Source: Dendrobates tinctorius
Taxonomy: Eukaryota
Length of the DNA: 64,000 nt
Assembly (NCBI RefSeq): GCF_039654945.1
Contig: NW_027362008.1
Location: 4,154,001 to 4,218,000 of the forward strand
Reading direction: 5' to 3'
The translations under genes were made by a program, and so were the position numbers. The notes beneath the pieces are model-generated. The model was not told the origin of the DNA and searched no databases. It saw only the letters and a list, made by a program, of their open reading frames with translations. This document shows positions 62,507 to 64,000 of this stretch, one piece after another (positions within the stretch are counted from its first letter, which is position 1; every line of letters starts with the position of its first letter).

Positions 62507-64000
62507 ACCGGGGTCTGTGGCAGCTGAGCATGTGGACGAGGAGGCAGAATGACATGACACCGCACACTTCAGGTATAGACATAAAGTTTACTTGAACAAG
62601 ACATGGTACATAAACGAAACAGTTATGCAAGGCTCCCGGTTCCGCACATCAGGGAAGGGTACATGTCTCAGGATAACAGAAGAAAGGCAGGAAGTCATTA
62701 CGGGTTGAGCAGTCCAGGGTTGTCTGGCATGGGTATACTAGGGCGGCCTCTTCCTCAGTCCTCAGGGGTAGCAAAGGGTCACCAGGAGAATATCAGACAC
62801 CGACCACAAACAGACTTCAGAAAATGGCAGGCATTGTCTGACATTTCAATCACATCCATACACGCAGTACTTCTGTATTCTCCCGCTACCCGTATTTTAT
62901 CAAAAAAGCTCTAATGCCAATGGACAAAAACATAAATCTTATCTATTTATAGAAACTCTTGGTTGGTTCACTATATCCTCTAATTAGTGTCCTATCTGAG
63001 TACCCGGTTGCATGCAAAAAAATTGAGCAATTATATTCACATATTGTCTTCACGTGATTTTCCCACTTCATTACAAACTCCCACCCGGTTCCTTCCATTA
63101 GGTTTTTCCAAGGAGCAACTAACCAGAGAGTTTTATCTTAATCGCTGCTTTGAGCAACAAAAAGGCTGTTTATACACTGAGCACACATCATTTAGTCTCC
63201 ATACATCAACAGAGCTGCTTTACAGTAGTACGAAATGAATATGTTGAAGTGTATTTTCCTGGGCCCAACCAGTATGTGGGTACCAAGGTGTAATGGGGTG
63301 CATAGGACTATGCAGCAGGGCAGACATTGCTGTCACTCTGTAAACAAAAGAGTAGGGGAGAACCGTATGAATATGGTGAAGTGTATTTTTTTCCTGGGCC
63401 CATCCAGTATGTGGGTTCCAAGTGTTTAATGGGGTGCATATGACTATGGTATGAATCTCGGAAAAAAATATTTAAAGCTGTGAACTAGGAGTCAGGAATG
63501 CTTCCAGGGGCGATCCCCATGAATTCCCCATTTCATTTGAGCAGTGTTTAAATCATTTTCAGATGTTTCTAGACCTTAAAATGACCCCCTTGGGGGATCA
63601 CAGCAAAAATGCTCGGGTTTCCCATAGACTTATATTGGGCTCGTTGTTCTGTCTGAGTACCCAAGTATTACAATTTGCTCGACCCGAACAACGAGTGCCC
63701 AAGCATTTTAGTGCTCGCTCATCACTAATCCCAGTACTTAAAAAGCGATACTCAATTCATGGAGAATAACTTCTCTGAAATTCAAATTAATTGGGAAAAT
63801 CCAAACGGTTAAGCGATTTTGAATTTTGCTGATCTGACCCATGTTATAAAACAATCTTATCATATATTGTGCACGATGAATGCCGCATGAAGGGAAAAGT
63901 GAAAAACTGCTAAACTTGCTATTCTTGTTCATCTTACCTCACTAAAAAATTGAATTAAAAAAATCATGTATCCCAACGCTGTACCAAAACAACTAGTTTT
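62507..64000 (+). repeat. Tandem array unit 5 (partial)
   Basis: Matches 1-1494; the array continues beyond the window. Confidence 0.97.

Noticed and set aside
1-64000. Whole array as an assembly artefact, or a prokaryotic RT/kinase defence system
   Set aside because: Units have private variants and distinct TSD-flanked insertions, although exact copy number still needs reads; spliceosomal introns, CR1 and Penelope elements show this is vertebrate DNA

Overview
Eukaryotic vertebrate DNA, most likely a frog judging by its repeat types (inference). The whole window is a head-to-tail array of near-identical units: 1-16156, 16157-32320, 32321-48484, 48485-62506 and a partial 62507-64000. Each unit carries one intact, spliced SBK1-like Ser/Thr kinase gene on the + strand (3 coding exons, 312 aa) with a CCAAT/TATA/Inr promoter and a double AATAAA. 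The rest of each unit is transposon material: a truncated Penelope-like element, a Harbinger-type MITE, a probable solo LTR, a ~425-bp diverged inverted repeat and a degenerate hammerhead-like motif. Young CR1 LINEs inserted at three independent sites. Units 1-3 carry insertions A and B; unit 4 lacks both and carries insertion C. Removing them gives an ancestral unit of ~10.84 kb. Most notable: (1) an amplified kinase whose activation/P+1 loop has lost the conserved S-G-T motif; (2) an in-phase U-UUA-AAC slippery site at the CR1 ORF1 stop that leads into an AUG-less N-terminus of ORF2, suggesting -1 frameshifting; (3) mosaic variant sharing between units, indicating recombination or conversion. 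The ORF track uses non-ATG starts, and most of its short ORFs are spurious.
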